24,730 nucleotides of DNA, taken from a virus. Lineage: Duplodnaviria > Caudoviricetes. The notes beneath the pieces were generated by a model. That model saw only the letters and a program-made list of their open reading frames with translations. It made no database searches and was not told the origin of the DNA. A program made the position numbers and the translations under genes. The DNA lies in IMG/VR virus record IMGVR_UViG_3300030116_006519, positions 1-24,730 of that record; one strand, given 5' to 3'. This document shows, in pieces, positions 15,484 to 24,722 of the stretch. Numbering within the stretch: position 1 is the stretch's first letter; the number at the start of each line of letters is the position of its first letter.

Positions 15484-15664
15484 CTTTCATCTCCTCTTTT
15501 CTTTTGTTTAGTAAATTGGTATATCTTGTCCAAAGTCGTCTGTCTTCTGGGTGGACATCTCCACTCACTCGCCACCAATATTCACTTTCGCTCCAACCTT
15601 TGTAATATCGGCTTTCAACTGCAAACAACTTATCTTCTATTTGTTTTACTGTTAGCTTACTCAT
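15476..15664 (-). CDS. Hypothetical protein (62 aa)
   Basis: GAGGAGG SD; overlap coupling. Confidence 0.7.
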   Translation of the reverse strand: MSKLTVKQIEDKLFAVESRYYKGWSESEYWWRVSGDVHPEDRRLWTRYTNLLNKRKEEMKDE

Positions 15665-16046
15665 CAGATACCTCCTCCTCAGGGTTATTATCTTTTATTG
15701 TTTTTTCGAAATCTGTCATGGCCATCTCCCAAGGTCCATAATGTTCAGTTTGTGTCAACCAGCCACGAACTTCCTTGAGATCATATAGTTTGACTTCATT
15801 ACAATCGATGTTCCCCACCTGATAATATCTGTCCTTTGGAATCATCGCATTTTGTTCTGTGTCAAAAACAAACTTATCTGGAATCTCTAATTCAAGCCAA
15901 GCGTGACCATATCTTTGATCTTTTACATAGCCTGCTTGCCCCGTCACATTACCGTGTGCAAGTCTTAAATTTTCAAAGCCACCACGACCAGAACTTGCCA
16001 TTTCTAGCATGGTTTTTACGCTGGATTCATAACAATTACCCATCAC
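15657..16046 (-). CDS. Small transglutaminase/papain-like fold protein
   Basis: GNCYE...LAHG...GHAWLE...VFD, a Cys-His-Asp arrangement. Confidence 0.6.
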   Translation of the reverse strand: MMGNCYESSVKTMLEMASSGRGGFENLRLAHGNVTGQAGYVKDQRYGHAWLELEIPDKFVFDTEQNAMIPKDRYYQVGNIDCNEVKLYDLKEVRGWLTQTEHYGPWEMAMTDFEKTIKDNNPEEEVSDE

Positions 16047-16291
16047 CTTACTCCTATTAATTTATTAAAGTTTGAAACAGCAATTTTGTCTAAAACTATT
16101 TTTTCATTGCTGTCTAAGATAGCATTGACAATTTCCTCTTCTTCTACTGGACCCCATTGTGTGTTATCAACAGTATCGTCTTTAAACAAAGGTGCCGTCC
16201 ATAAAAATTCACAACCACCATTACCTGCCGTTTCCATCATATAAGCGTTGCCTCTATATTCTGGAACAGTGAATATTTGATACTTTTTCAC
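16043..16291 (-). CDS. Hypothetical protein (82 aa)
   Basis: AGGAGG SD before the GTG start. Confidence 0.7.
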   Translation of the reverse strand: MKKYQIFTVPEYRGNAYMMETAGNGGCEFLWTAPLFKDDTVDNTQWGPVEEEEIVNAILDSNEKIVLDKIAVSNFNKLIGVR

Positions 16292-16407
16292 TACGCTAAA
16301 CCTCCTATTAATTGTAATGTCAAAGTAGCGAACAAACCGAAAACAGCTAAAAGTACCTCTGTTTCCTCATCTATCCATCTCTTTGTTTTCCAAACTAAAT
16401 AACTCAT
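16291..16407 (-). CDS. Small membrane peptide (38 aa)
   Basis: Manual translation MSYLVWKTKRWIDEETEVLLAVFGLFATLTLQLIGGLA*; TAG overlaps the next GTG; TTGCAC-16-TATAAT just upstream. Confidence 0.55.
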   Translation of the reverse strand: MSYLVWKTKRWIDEETEVLLAVFGLFATLTLQLIGGLA

Positions 16408-16495
16408 CTACTATTATTATACAAAATGCAGACAAATGTGCAAGTTTTTATACAAAACAACATCAGAATTAAAGTATGGTAATTTTGATATTTGT

Positions 16496-16524
16496 TTGCA
16501 CAATCCACCAAAATACTATAAAAT
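16496..16524 (+). promoter_or_regulatory. sigma70-like promoter, one half of a divergent pair
   Basis: TTGCAC (16496-16501), 17 nt spacer, TAAAAT (16519-16524). Confidence 0.6.
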
Positions 16525-16546
16525 TTGTCAGTATATATATTTAGAT

Positions 16547-16711
16547 ATGGAGAATAAATTAAACGACAACAATAAAATTAGAAAGAGTTTAGCTGTTGAT
16601 GTTGCTACTTATGACTTGTTACAAGACATCTGTGGTAAAGAGAGAAGGCCCAAAATAGACCAGTTAAAAGTTCTTATAGAAAAAGAACACGATAGACTGT
16701 TTGCCTCATAA
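16547..16711 (+). CDS. Small ribbon-helix-helix-like DNA-binding protein
   Basis: KSLAVDVATYDLLQDICGKERRPKIDQLKVLI (strand-helix-helix pattern); ATG 16547 lies after the promoter. Confidence 0.55.
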   Translation: MENKLNDNNKIRKSLAVDVATYDLLQDICGKERRPKIDQLKVLIEKEHDRLFAS

Positions 16712-16717
16712 TCTGGC

Positions 16718-16951
16718 ATGATTAATTTTTTAAAAAAAATGTCTGATACAAAAACAATAAATTCTGATGTGCCTGTGGCCGATGAAGTCATCGAGTTTTA
16801 CAGTCGTCTAAACTTACAACAACAAGCATCACTTATGAGATTGATGGCTCGTAATCTAATGATAAATCTAAACGGTAACGAAGTGTGGGGTCAAGAATTA
16901 GATTATGAAGTTAGCGGTGCTATGATCAAGGCCCACCAAAAACCAGACTAA
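16718..16951 (+). CDS. Hypothetical protein (77 aa)
   Basis: Follows the RHH gene; convergent with HNH. Confidence 0.65.
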   Translation: MINFLKKMSDTKTINSDVPVADEVIEFYSRLNLQQQASLMRLMARNLMINLNGNEVWGQELDYEVSGAMIKAHQKPD

Positions 16952-17202
16952 AATTTTTTCTTTCTAGCTGTTTTGGTTCTAGCAAAAGACCTGTTATTAG
17001 ATTTTCTCATGGCCCTCAGATTATTTGATTTATTATTGAGTGGATTCCCGTCACGATGATGTATGTCTAAGCCATCTCCTATTTTTACTCGTCCTTGTTT
17101 CAAAGCTAATCTTCTCGCTTTATTACGAGCTGATCTTCTTTTTATCTGTTCAGGACGAGCATGATAGTTTGCATACTCTTTAGCATAGTTTCTTGCCATC
17201 AA
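16948..17202 (-). CDS. HNH endonuclease-like small basic protein
   Basis: GDGLDIHHRDGNPLNNKSNNLR...NRS. Confidence 0.8.
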   Translation of the reverse strand: MMARNYAKEYANYHARPEQIKRRSARNKARRLALKQGRVKIGDGLDIHHRDGNPLNNKSNNLRAMRKSNNRSFARTKTARKKKF

Positions 17203-19598
17203 ATTAGGCTTCCAATGCCACCAGCTCGCATAGCTATTTCTCTGTCCCGTTCATCGGGCACTATGGTTGGTGACAAAGCCAAGGCTGGGTCTGGACTTTC
17301 ATCTGTCATGTCTACGTCCAAGGACGGCACAGATTCTCTTTCTATTTGTGGCATCAAAATATTCGAAACCTCTGCATTTGACACCTCTCTAAAATTAGCT
17401 TCGTTTGGCACAGGAGCAGATGATACTGGTTCGGTTTTTGCGTTAAGTTGTTCTGGTATCTCTACACTGTTATGGGATAGGCCATGTAAAACAGCTTCTA
17501 CTTCATCTCTGATGTCAGGGTTTAGCTCGTGTATTTGATATAATCTTCTAACGTGTTGTACAAATGAGTTGGGGTCATAAGCTACTTGTTTCACACCTTG
17601 TGATAACCAGTTGACAAAACTCTTGTTAGTCAAAAGTTTTGCAGACCCATAAGTGCCCAAGATAGCTCCTAAGCCATAATCAAACGAACCACCGCTTTTG
17701 CCGATGATGCCCCCTATCTCACCACCAAAAGTAGTTAATAACCCTATTGAATATATACCCTTGGCTGTTTGTGAAGGGTTAGCTCCTCTTATACTGGCCT
17801 CTTTGACCTCGTTTATAACCGCAACTAAATTATCTAGCTCAGGCACTAAATCTTCATATCGGCCACCTTTAAATAAAACATCTTTAGCTTCATTAGACAA
17901 AGTGTTGTAGTTGGTCAAAAAGGTTGCTGGACTAAAATTTGTAACGTCATCTATTTGACCACCCATAATGTCTTTGACTGACTCTTTGGCTAAAAGCTCA
18001 GGTGTGGCGATGCCCGCCTTAGGACTGCCTAGAGAACCTAGGAAATAACCAGATAGAGCTTCAAACTCGTCTTCTGTAAATTCATCTCGTAATTTTCTCA
18101 GCTGTGTTGGCCCATCTTTTGCTCCTGATACAAGTGCTTTCGTAATTTTTGAAAAATCACCGTCTGCCGCTTTTTTTAACAAGTTGTCAACGTAAGATAT
18201 AGAACCATCTGAAGCTAATTTACTTCTGGTAAAATCATTAGCAATTTTTAACTTCTTCAGGGCCTCATCACTACCCGATTTATTGACCAACTCCTGCATA
18301 TCATTTGTTATTGCCTTATAGAGTCTTTTGAACTGTGCTCGCTCACCACCAGTTGCACCAGCAGTTAAAGGGTCACCAAGGTCTTTACCTATGTAAGTTC
18401 TGATATTTTTTAATGTGTTGTAATTCAAGGAACCGTTTTGTATATCAACATTGTATTTTTTTAGATGATCGAGTATGGCTTTATTTTGACCTTTAGCAAC
18501 AGAGCTTTGACCAACCTCTCGGCTTATCTGCTCGGTTACCTCGATGATAAACTTACCATCGGTTGACAGGCTAGGGTCAATCAAAGAAGAGATTTCATCG
18601 TACATCTGACTGCTTTTAGCATCAAATTTTGCTCTAGCATTTTGTAAATATTTGTACGTCTTTTCACCAACTTCATATTTAGAACTTGAACCACCATACT
18701 TGTCTACAATTTTATTAACGCTCTGTTCAATTTGGTTAATGGTTTGTTTAGCATTTTGTTGCATAGCTTTGGTTGAAGGCGGAGCACTTGCTAAAGCCCC
18801 TTCAATCATTTGAACTGCTGTGTTCCCAGTAGCAACTCCGACTGAAGGGTCTGTGATACCTGCTTTTATCAAAGCATTAGCTCGTTGACTGTTGCCACCT
18901 AAAACATAGTTTAGGTTGGCTCCTACTTGATATTTTGCTCCATTCAATAACTTATTACTTACAGGACCTAACGTTCCGTTTAAAACTGCTGTTGTTGTGT
19001 AGTCGAAAAATTGTTGACTTGGGGTGCGACTATCCTCAGTTTCTCCAAATAGTGTCAACAACTCAATATATGCTTCTCTGGCTGTCGCTGAGCCTAATCC
19101 TTCGCCAATCAAAATGCCTGCCCCTACTCCAGCTGGTCCTGCTGGCACTCCTACTGTAGCTCCTAATGCGGCACCACCAACAGCACCCACAACTTCCGCT
19201 ACCTCGGGCCCTGCATCTGCAAACACGTCTTTGAATGTTGGTGCGGCCATTCCGAAAATCCTGAAGTCTTCATCAAATAAAGTCAAATTACCTGTTTCGG
19301 GGTCGGTGTAAACAAAATTGTTTCTACCGAATCTTTGCTCACCAAACTGGGGACTCAACACGCCCACAGGGATAGCATCAGGATAAAACTTACGCAAGGT
19401 GTTTAACCTGTCTTCGGGAGACTGAGCGGCCATGACCTGTGCTCGTACATCAAAGGGAGCACCAACTTGATCATCTATAGAATCTAACAGCTGTTGCTCT
19501 GCTAGGACTAAAAGTTGGTCGGCATCACTTTTTTTACTAAAATCGTTGTTTTCTAAATAATCTAGTAAATCTTCGTCTGTAAATTTTATTTCGCTCAT
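17199..19598 (-). CDS. Probable internal virion/DNA ejection protein (799 aa)
   Basis: Large helical protein with a Gly-zipper hydrophobic segment (GAVGGAALGATVGVPAGPAGVGAG) and C-terminal hydrophobic stretches; located in a structural operon. Confidence 0.6.
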   Translation of the reverse strand: MSEIKFTDEDLLDYLENNDFSKKSDADQLLVLAEQQLLDSIDDQVGAPFDVRAQVMAAQSPEDRLNTLRKFYPDAIPVGVLSPQFGEQRFGRNNFVYTDPETGNLTLFDEDFRIFGMAAPTFKDVFADAGPEVAEVVGAVGGAALGATVGVPAGPAGVGAGILIGEGLGSATAREAYIELLTLFGETEDSRTPSQQFFDYTTTAVLNGTLGPVSNKLLNGAKYQVGANLNYVLGGNSQRANALIKAGITDPSVGVATGNTAVQMIEGALASAPPSTKAMQQNAKQTINQIEQSVNKIVDKYGGSSSKYEVGEKTYKYLQNARAKFDAKSSQMYDEISSLIDPSLSTDGKFIIEVTEQISREVGQSSVAKGQNKAILDHLKKYNVDIQNGSLNYNTLKNIRTYIGKDLGDPLTAGATGGERAQFKRLYKAITNDMQELVNKSGSDEALKKLKIANDFTRSKLASDGSISYVDNLLKKAADGDFSKITKALVSGAKDGPTQLRKLRDEFTEDEFEALSGYFLGSLGSPKAGIATPELLAKESVKDIMGGQIDDVTNFSPATFLTNYNTLSNEAKDVLFKGGRYEDLVPELDNLVAVINEVKEASIRGANPSQTAKGIYSIGLLTTFGGEIGGIIGKSGGSFDYGLGAILGTYGSAKLLTNKSFVNWLSQGVKQVAYDPNSFVQHVRRLYQIHELNPDIRDEVEAVLHGLSHNSVEIPEQLNAKTEPVSSAPVPNEANFREVSNAEVSNILMPQIERESVPSLDVDMTDESPDPALALSPTIVPDERDREIAMRAGGIGSLI

Positions 19599-20296
19599 CT
19601 TGGTTTTACCTCAGGTTGTTCCATGCTTCCTGCACCACTAAACAAATCTAAACCAATCATACTTGAATACACAGATGGATTGGTTTTAGCTCTTTCTATT
19701 ATTTTATTACGGAAATTTTCATCCTCATAAAATCTTTTTTTTAATTCTTCGAGACTACTATCATCTTTTTCACCAACTGCACCTGCTGATTTTTTTACCT
19801 CATCGTAGGCTTTACCAGCACCACCTTTAATAGCCTCAAAAGCGATTCTTCTCGAATCAGCTCTTTGTTCTAATGTTTTGGGGTCATCTCCTAGTTTCGG
19901 AAAATAGGTTGCATCGACCCACTGTATTTCGGACTCTGCAATAACGGCTCCTGTTTCAAACCTAAGTTGTGCTGTCATAAAATCTAAAGCCGCTCTTTCA
20001 TACTGCTTGAACTCAGGGCTTTGTAATAAATAAGTCACTGCGGTATCGCCTATGAGGGGTGCGTTTTGTAAGACATAGTCCCTGAAATTTCTTGGGTTGA
20101 AACCTTTTTTTTCTAAGTCCTCTAATATGCCCAGTGCGTTTTCCATACGAACTGCGAAGCCAGCCAACTTGTTTTGGTCAGCTGTAAAAGGACTTTTCTT
20201 TTTTTCGGTACCCTCTATTGGCTTAAACTCAGGTTTGAACTCAGCCTGTTTCCCAAGAATCTTGTCTTTTTCTTCTTGGCTTACTACTCTAGGCAT
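19595..20296 (-). CDS. Probable virion/ejection protein (233 aa)
   Basis: LRFETGAVIAESE...YFPKLGD pattern; coupled to both neighbours. Confidence 0.55.
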   Translation of the reverse strand: MPRVVSQEEKDKILGKQAEFKPEFKPIEGTEKKKSPFTADQNKLAGFAVRMENALGILEDLEKKGFNPRNFRDYVLQNAPLIGDTAVTYLLQSPEFKQYERAALDFMTAQLRFETGAVIAESEIQWVDATYFPKLGDDPKTLEQRADSRRIAFEAIKGGAGKAYDEVKKSAGAVGEKDDSSLEELKKRFYEDENFRNKIIERAKTNPSVYSSMIGLDLFSGAGSMEQPEVKPR

Positions 20297-21087
20297 TATT
20301 CGCTATCTCCTAGAATTTCTTCTTTTGTGTATTCTATAACTTGTCCATCCTTTGTTAAATAATAATAGGAATCTCCCTCTTGTCTTAAAAATTCGGCTTC
20401 TTGGCCTTCGTATGTTTGTGTTATTGGCACACCTTCTGGTGGTCCTGCGGGGGTTGCCAGTATAGCATCAACATTGAAACCTTGTATGTAACCCGTGCCT
20501 TCATCAGTAGTAACAGTCTTCGGCGTTTCCAAAAATTGTTTAGCAAACAGAACCGCTTGGCTATTCAGTTTATCTGGGTCATCTTTAGCCGCTAGTATTA
20601 TATTTATAGCGGCACCAGTCATCGAGCCATCTGGAAAAACACCTTTACTGCCCTGTTTCGCTAAATCAAACTGCATTTCCAATATTTTTTGAGCTGATTC
20701 AAATTCTCTTTTATTCTCGGCCTCAGCTTGTTGTCTTGCAAACAGAGCGAAGTCTCTAGCTACTTTGTCATTTTGTGCCCTCAATTTTTGGGCTCGCTCA
20801 CTAAATAAGTTGAAACCCATAGCTAGGCCCATCCCTATAGAGGGTGGTTGGCCACTTTGTGCTTGAGCTGAAAGTCCTGCACTTAGTTGTGTGGCTAAAT
20901 CAAAAATATTCTGTCTTCTACTTTGTGGAAACAAATCTTGATAAAGCTCCATTTGACGTTGAATGTCTTCTTGGGTTATTTGGTCCTGCCTTAAACCCCC
21001 AAATAAATCTATTATGTCTTCTGGAGAAACCTCACCACCATTTGCTCTTTCTATTTGTTCAGGTATTTGTGCTCTAGTTATTGCCAT
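20296..21087 (-). CDS. Probable virion/ejection protein (263 aa)
   Basis: MAITRAQI...ANGGEV N-terminus; helical with a hydrophobic segment. Confidence 0.55.
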   Translation of the reverse strand: MAITRAQIPEQIERANGGEVSPEDIIDLFGGLRQDQITQEDIQRQMELYQDLFPQSRRQNIFDLATQLSAGLSAQAQSGQPPSIGMGLAMGFNLFSERAQKLRAQNDKVARDFALFARQQAEAENKREFESAQKILEMQFDLAKQGSKGVFPDGSMTGAAINIILAAKDDPDKLNSQAVLFAKQFLETPKTVTTDEGTGYIQGFNVDAILATPAGPPEGVPITQTYEGQEAEFLRQEGDSYYYLTKDGQVIEYTKEEILGDSE

Positions 21088-21096
21088 CTGTAATTA

Positions 21097-23127
21097 TTAT
21101 TGTGGGTTTAAAAAGTTGCCAAATGCTCCGAAAGCACCGAGTCCTGTTGACAATGCGGCTTGTAACGGACTTGGTGGTGGAGTGAATGTAGTTCTTGTTT
21201 GGAATTGTCCTGCTGGAGCCATACTGATGAATGGTGCTAGTGCTTGGAACTGTGCTAACGGTGCTTGTTGAGCTTGTAGCAGATTCCTTCTTTGAGCATC
21301 AAGCATAGCTTGTTGTTGAGCTTGTTGCTGTTGCCCGAAGGCTCCTAGTTGACCGATGCCAGCCTGAGCTTGTTGTTGTGCTTGAGCTCCAAGGCCTTGT
21401 AATGCTGAGCCTAACCCAAATCTGGCTTGTTGTCGTTGTTGTGCTATCTGTTGCTCAAGGTTACCTAATCTTCCGAAAGCACTTGCTAAGGCTTGTTGGC
21501 CACCAAATCTTTGACTGCCAATACTACCCAAAGATTGTCCAAGGGCTTGTTGTGAGCCTAATCTTTGTCCTGCCAGACCCGCTAATGTAGAGCCAAGTTG
21601 TTGTTGTGCTCCTAATCTTTGTCCTGCCAAGCCAGCTAATCCTTGAGAGGCTAATCTTTCTGCTTGTCGTTGTCTTGCGAACTCACCGAGTCCTGTTTGC
21701 TGTGCCTCGGAGAATCCTCTTGCCCTGATGCCACCTAGTGCCTCTGCCAGTCCCCGTCCTAGGGCTCTTTGTCTTTCTTCTGCTCCTAACCTAGCTCTTG
21801 AACCGAAAGCCGATTCACCACCTCTTGCTATATCTTGAGCTCTTGCCCCAATGTCGCTCAGTGCCCCTTGCTCCATAACATCTCGGACCGTTTGTTGCAC
21901 GACTTGTTCTTCAAAAGGATTAAAAAATCTACTGGTCATACTAGGGTCGTAACCACCGAGAGTGCCTCTTAGCAGACCCTCAGATTCACCCAAGCGACCA
22001 CCAAACTGTCCTGTAGCACCCAGCTGTAAGGCACCTATCCCACCGAGACTACGACCAAACTGATCGGTTGCTCCTCTAAGTAATCGTTCTTGTTGTCCAA
22101 GACCTGACAATAAACCGCCTAAACCTTCTTGTGTTGCTCCTAAACCTTGTTCTTCTCTTTCTCTTGCTCGCTGTAAACCCTCTTCCATGGCACTGACACC
22201 CCCACGAAAAGCAGACTCAGCATCTCGTAGAAAAGGTCGCTCTATTCCAAAGGCTTGTCGTGTTAACTCTTGTGCTATCAGTTGATCGGGAGAAAACCCA
22301 GCGACTTGTTCAGGTATAACAATAGGCTTGCCTTCGGCATCAAAGAAAGTTCGCTCAGCGGCACGCATGGCCCCCGGTATGAAACCTCCTTTGCCGTCAA
22401 GACCGAATAGTAGTTGTTTTGTTAGGGGGTCTAAACCAGTTTCAACTCTATCTATTTGGGAAGCAAAAGGTTGTGGTTGATTCATCCCAGAAGGTGCTCC
22501 GGGTGGCGGTGGTGTGTCTTGTACTTGCACATCGGGAGGAAGATTCACAGTTGGTTGTGGTTCTACTGGTCCTTGTGGTAAGCCCCCCTCTATTTGGTCT
22601 AATGTTATGGGGTTAATTTTGCCTTCTGGTGGAGGGACTGGTCTACCGACAGCAATTTGATCTGCTGGGCCAATAATCTGTCCATCTGGGCCAAAGATTT
22701 CGGTTGGTCTAACACCCTGTCTAAATGGGTCCACGGGTGCTGGTCGTCCTTGGGGTGGGCGTGCTATGAAAGCTCTAGCATCTTGCCCGAAACCTTTATC
22801 ACCCGGCTTTAGATTGATTTGTTGTTGTAGTCTTTGCCTAAACTCTTCTGGTGTTTGTCTTTGTTTGAAGGTTTTACTTCCTGCTCTTATATTTCGAGTT
22901 GGAATATACTGCATCAGCTCATCATCCGACATGTCTATTAATTCTTGTAAGCTGGGTAGATTCGGTGGTGGTGGTGTTAGCCCTAAACCGGGTACAAGTT
23001 GTGTTGGAGCTAAACCACCTTGTGTTCTAAGCCCTGAACCGGGTATAAGTTGTAGAGCATTTCTTACAGGCATAGCTCTTTGAATTAAGCCACCTTGTTG
23101 CATTTTAGGAACTAAATTTCTGTTCAT
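21097..23127 (-). CDS. Gly/Gln/Ala-rich DNA pilot-like ejection protein (676 aa)
   Basis: Pro-rich N-terminal region, FFNPFEEQVV and AFGSRA motifs, 18-aa amphipathic repeats, hydrophobic C-terminus. Confidence 0.6.
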   Translation of the reverse strand: MNRNLVPKMQQGGLIQRAMPVRNALQLIPGSGLRTQGGLAPTQLVPGLGLTPPPPNLPSLQELIDMSDDELMQYIPTRNIRAGSKTFKQRQTPEEFRQRLQQQINLKPGDKGFGQDARAFIARPPQGRPAPVDPFRQGVRPTEIFGPDGQIIGPADQIAVGRPVPPPEGKINPITLDQIEGGLPQGPVEPQPTVNLPPDVQVQDTPPPPGAPSGMNQPQPFASQIDRVETGLDPLTKQLLFGLDGKGGFIPGAMRAAERTFFDAEGKPIVIPEQVAGFSPDQLIAQELTRQAFGIERPFLRDAESAFRGGVSAMEEGLQRAREREEQGLGATQEGLGGLLSGLGQQERLLRGATDQFGRSLGGIGALQLGATGQFGGRLGESEGLLRGTLGGYDPSMTSRFFNPFEEQVVQQTVRDVMEQGALSDIGARAQDIARGGESAFGSRARLGAEERQRALGRGLAEALGGIRARGFSEAQQTGLGEFARQRQAERLASQGLAGLAGQRLGAQQQLGSTLAGLAGQRLGSQQALGQSLGSIGSQRFGGQQALASAFGRLGNLEQQIAQQRQQARFGLGSALQGLGAQAQQQAQAGIGQLGAFGQQQQAQQQAMLDAQRRNLLQAQQAPLAQFQALAPFISMAPAGQFQTRTTFTPPPSPLQAALSTGLGAFGAFGNFLNPQ

Positions 23128-24722
23128 TCTGAACTAGGTTGTGCAGAGGCTTCGAAAGCATCCATGATTTTATACATGTTTGCCATACCTCTTTCCCTAT
23201 CCTCCTCAAAAGACGGCACTAAACTTAAGATGCCACCTTGGTTTTGTAGTTCGAAAGAACCAGCTCCTCGAACTGCTCGTCCTGTCATTACATACTCGCC
23301 ATCGCTTAGCATAGCAGGTATGTCGTCACTGGTTTCTGTGCCAGCTCCATTGATCGGACCATCTCGTCTAGGAAAGTCCTGTGGCTCTATTTCGCCACCT
23401 TCTCGGAACCCTTGGACTGCACCACCCTGTGCATACTGCATGACTGGGCCTCCAGCTTGCATACCTCTGGCTAAGCCACCAGTCAAATCTTCTAAACCGT
23501 TACCGTAGACACCGCCACCGTATGCCATGTTTTTTTCTATGTTTTCTATAGCACCACCGAGAGATGCCATTCTTGGTTGACCTCCTGAAAGTTCAGGTAT
23601 AGTACCTTGCGGTAGTAAACCAAACTCAACAGGATTTGGAGCTGGTTGTCCCATCCTTCTTGCAATCTCTGCTTCTATATTATATCTACCACTAGCATCC
23701 ATGGTTGTTAGAGGGGTCAAAGGGACACCCTGTGCACGCTTAGCTTCATCGAAAGCTAGTTCACCCAGTTTAGCCGCAAGTGCTCCAGCACCAGCTAATC
23801 CTAAGAGATTGCCAACGCCACCGCCTCCACCACCAGAGCCTCCGCCACCAGTCAAAGCTCCAAGCAAACCAGACGTACCACCAGTGGCAGTTGGTGCACC
23901 TAGACCTAGGGCACCTGTTAGTCCTGTTCCTGCGGCTGGTCCACCTGCAAAAGTTGTGCCTGCACCACCAAAAGGCCCACCAGCAAAAAGATTCGAAAGT
24001 CCTGCTTTGATACTTCCCGCACCGCCAGCAATACCACCAGCTATGGGGGATATGCCGGGTATCCCTAGCCCAGCAAGACCACTTATGGCAGGACTCAAGA
24101 ATTGCCCAACCCCTTGCAGTGCACCGCCTATAACTGGTATTTTAGTTGCTAGGCCTCCTAAACCGCCGAGCACGCCACCTAAAGCTGTACCCACACCGGG
24201 TACAAAAGCGGCTATAGGTGCAACTTTCCTGATGACCTTACCAACTTTACCGAAAACTTTTTTTAATTTTTTGAAAAAACCGAACTCTTCTAAACCTGTC
24301 ATCGGGTTAAGACTAGCGACACCTGCCCCGACTATAGCTTCTTCTGGGTTAATACCGAGTTCCCTAAATTTTGTCTCTAACAATGACTCTACTTCTTCGT
24401 CTTCCAACATCTCTGGAGGTAGAACAATCTCACCTGCTCGTAAATGTGCTAATTCAGTGTCTTCGCCTTGTCCTGCCATGGCAAGTTCTTGTCCTAAGGA
24501 ACCTAACGGAGCTTCACTTTTTATTTGGCCTCTTTGTGCAAGGATGTCTAATAAATTTTTGTCCTCTTCGCTCATATCTACCAGACCCTCTGGTATTACA
24601 CTTTGTGCTTGAGGCACCTGTGGTTGTGGACTCATAGCCATAGGAGAAACACTAGAAACTGCTTGCTCTGCTATCTGTTGAGGAGACCTTGAAAGTTTGT
24701 TTATCATCGAATCTACTATCAT
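23124..24722 (-). CDS. Gly-rich virion protein (532 aa)
   Basis: GEDTELAHLRAGE...NPMTGLEEF, long Gly-rich hydrophobic region, GAGTETSDDIPAMLSDGEYV; start lies near the window edge. Confidence 0.65.
   Translation of the reverse strand: MIVDSMINKLSRSPQQIAEQAVSSVSPMAMSPQPQVPQAQSVIPEGLVDMSEEDKNLLDILAQRGQIKSEAPLGSLGQELAMAGQGEDTELAHLRAGEIVLPPEMLEDEEVESLLETKFRELGINPEEAIVGAGVASLNPMTGLEEFGFFKKLKKVFGKVGKVIRKVAPIAAFVPGVGTALGGVLGGLGGLATKIPVIGGALQGVGQFLSPAISGLAGLGIPGISPIAGGIAGGAGSIKAGLSNLFAGGPFGGAGTTFAGGPAAGTGLTGALGLGAPTATGGTSGLLGALTGGGGSGGGGGGVGNLLGLAGAGALAAKLGELAFDEAKRAQGVPLTPLTTMDASGRYNIEAEIARRMGQPAPNPVEFGLLPQGTIPELSGGQPRMASLGGAIENIEKNMAYGGGVYGNGLEDLTGGLARGMQAGGPVMQYAQGGAVQGFREGGEIEPQDFPRRDGPINGAGTETSDDIPAMLSDGEYVMTGRAVRGAGSFELQNQGGILSLVPSFEEDRERGMANMYKIMDAFEASAQPSSE

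Noticed and set aside
16436-16546. N-terminal extension of the 91-aa ORF
   Set aside because: It spans the divergent promoter region; ATG 16547 downstream of the promoter is the more plausible start
23701-24612. 303-aa Pro/Ala-rich plus-strand ORF
   Set aside because: Antisense shadow of the Gly-rich virion gene; the composition mirrors Gly codons and there is no RBS
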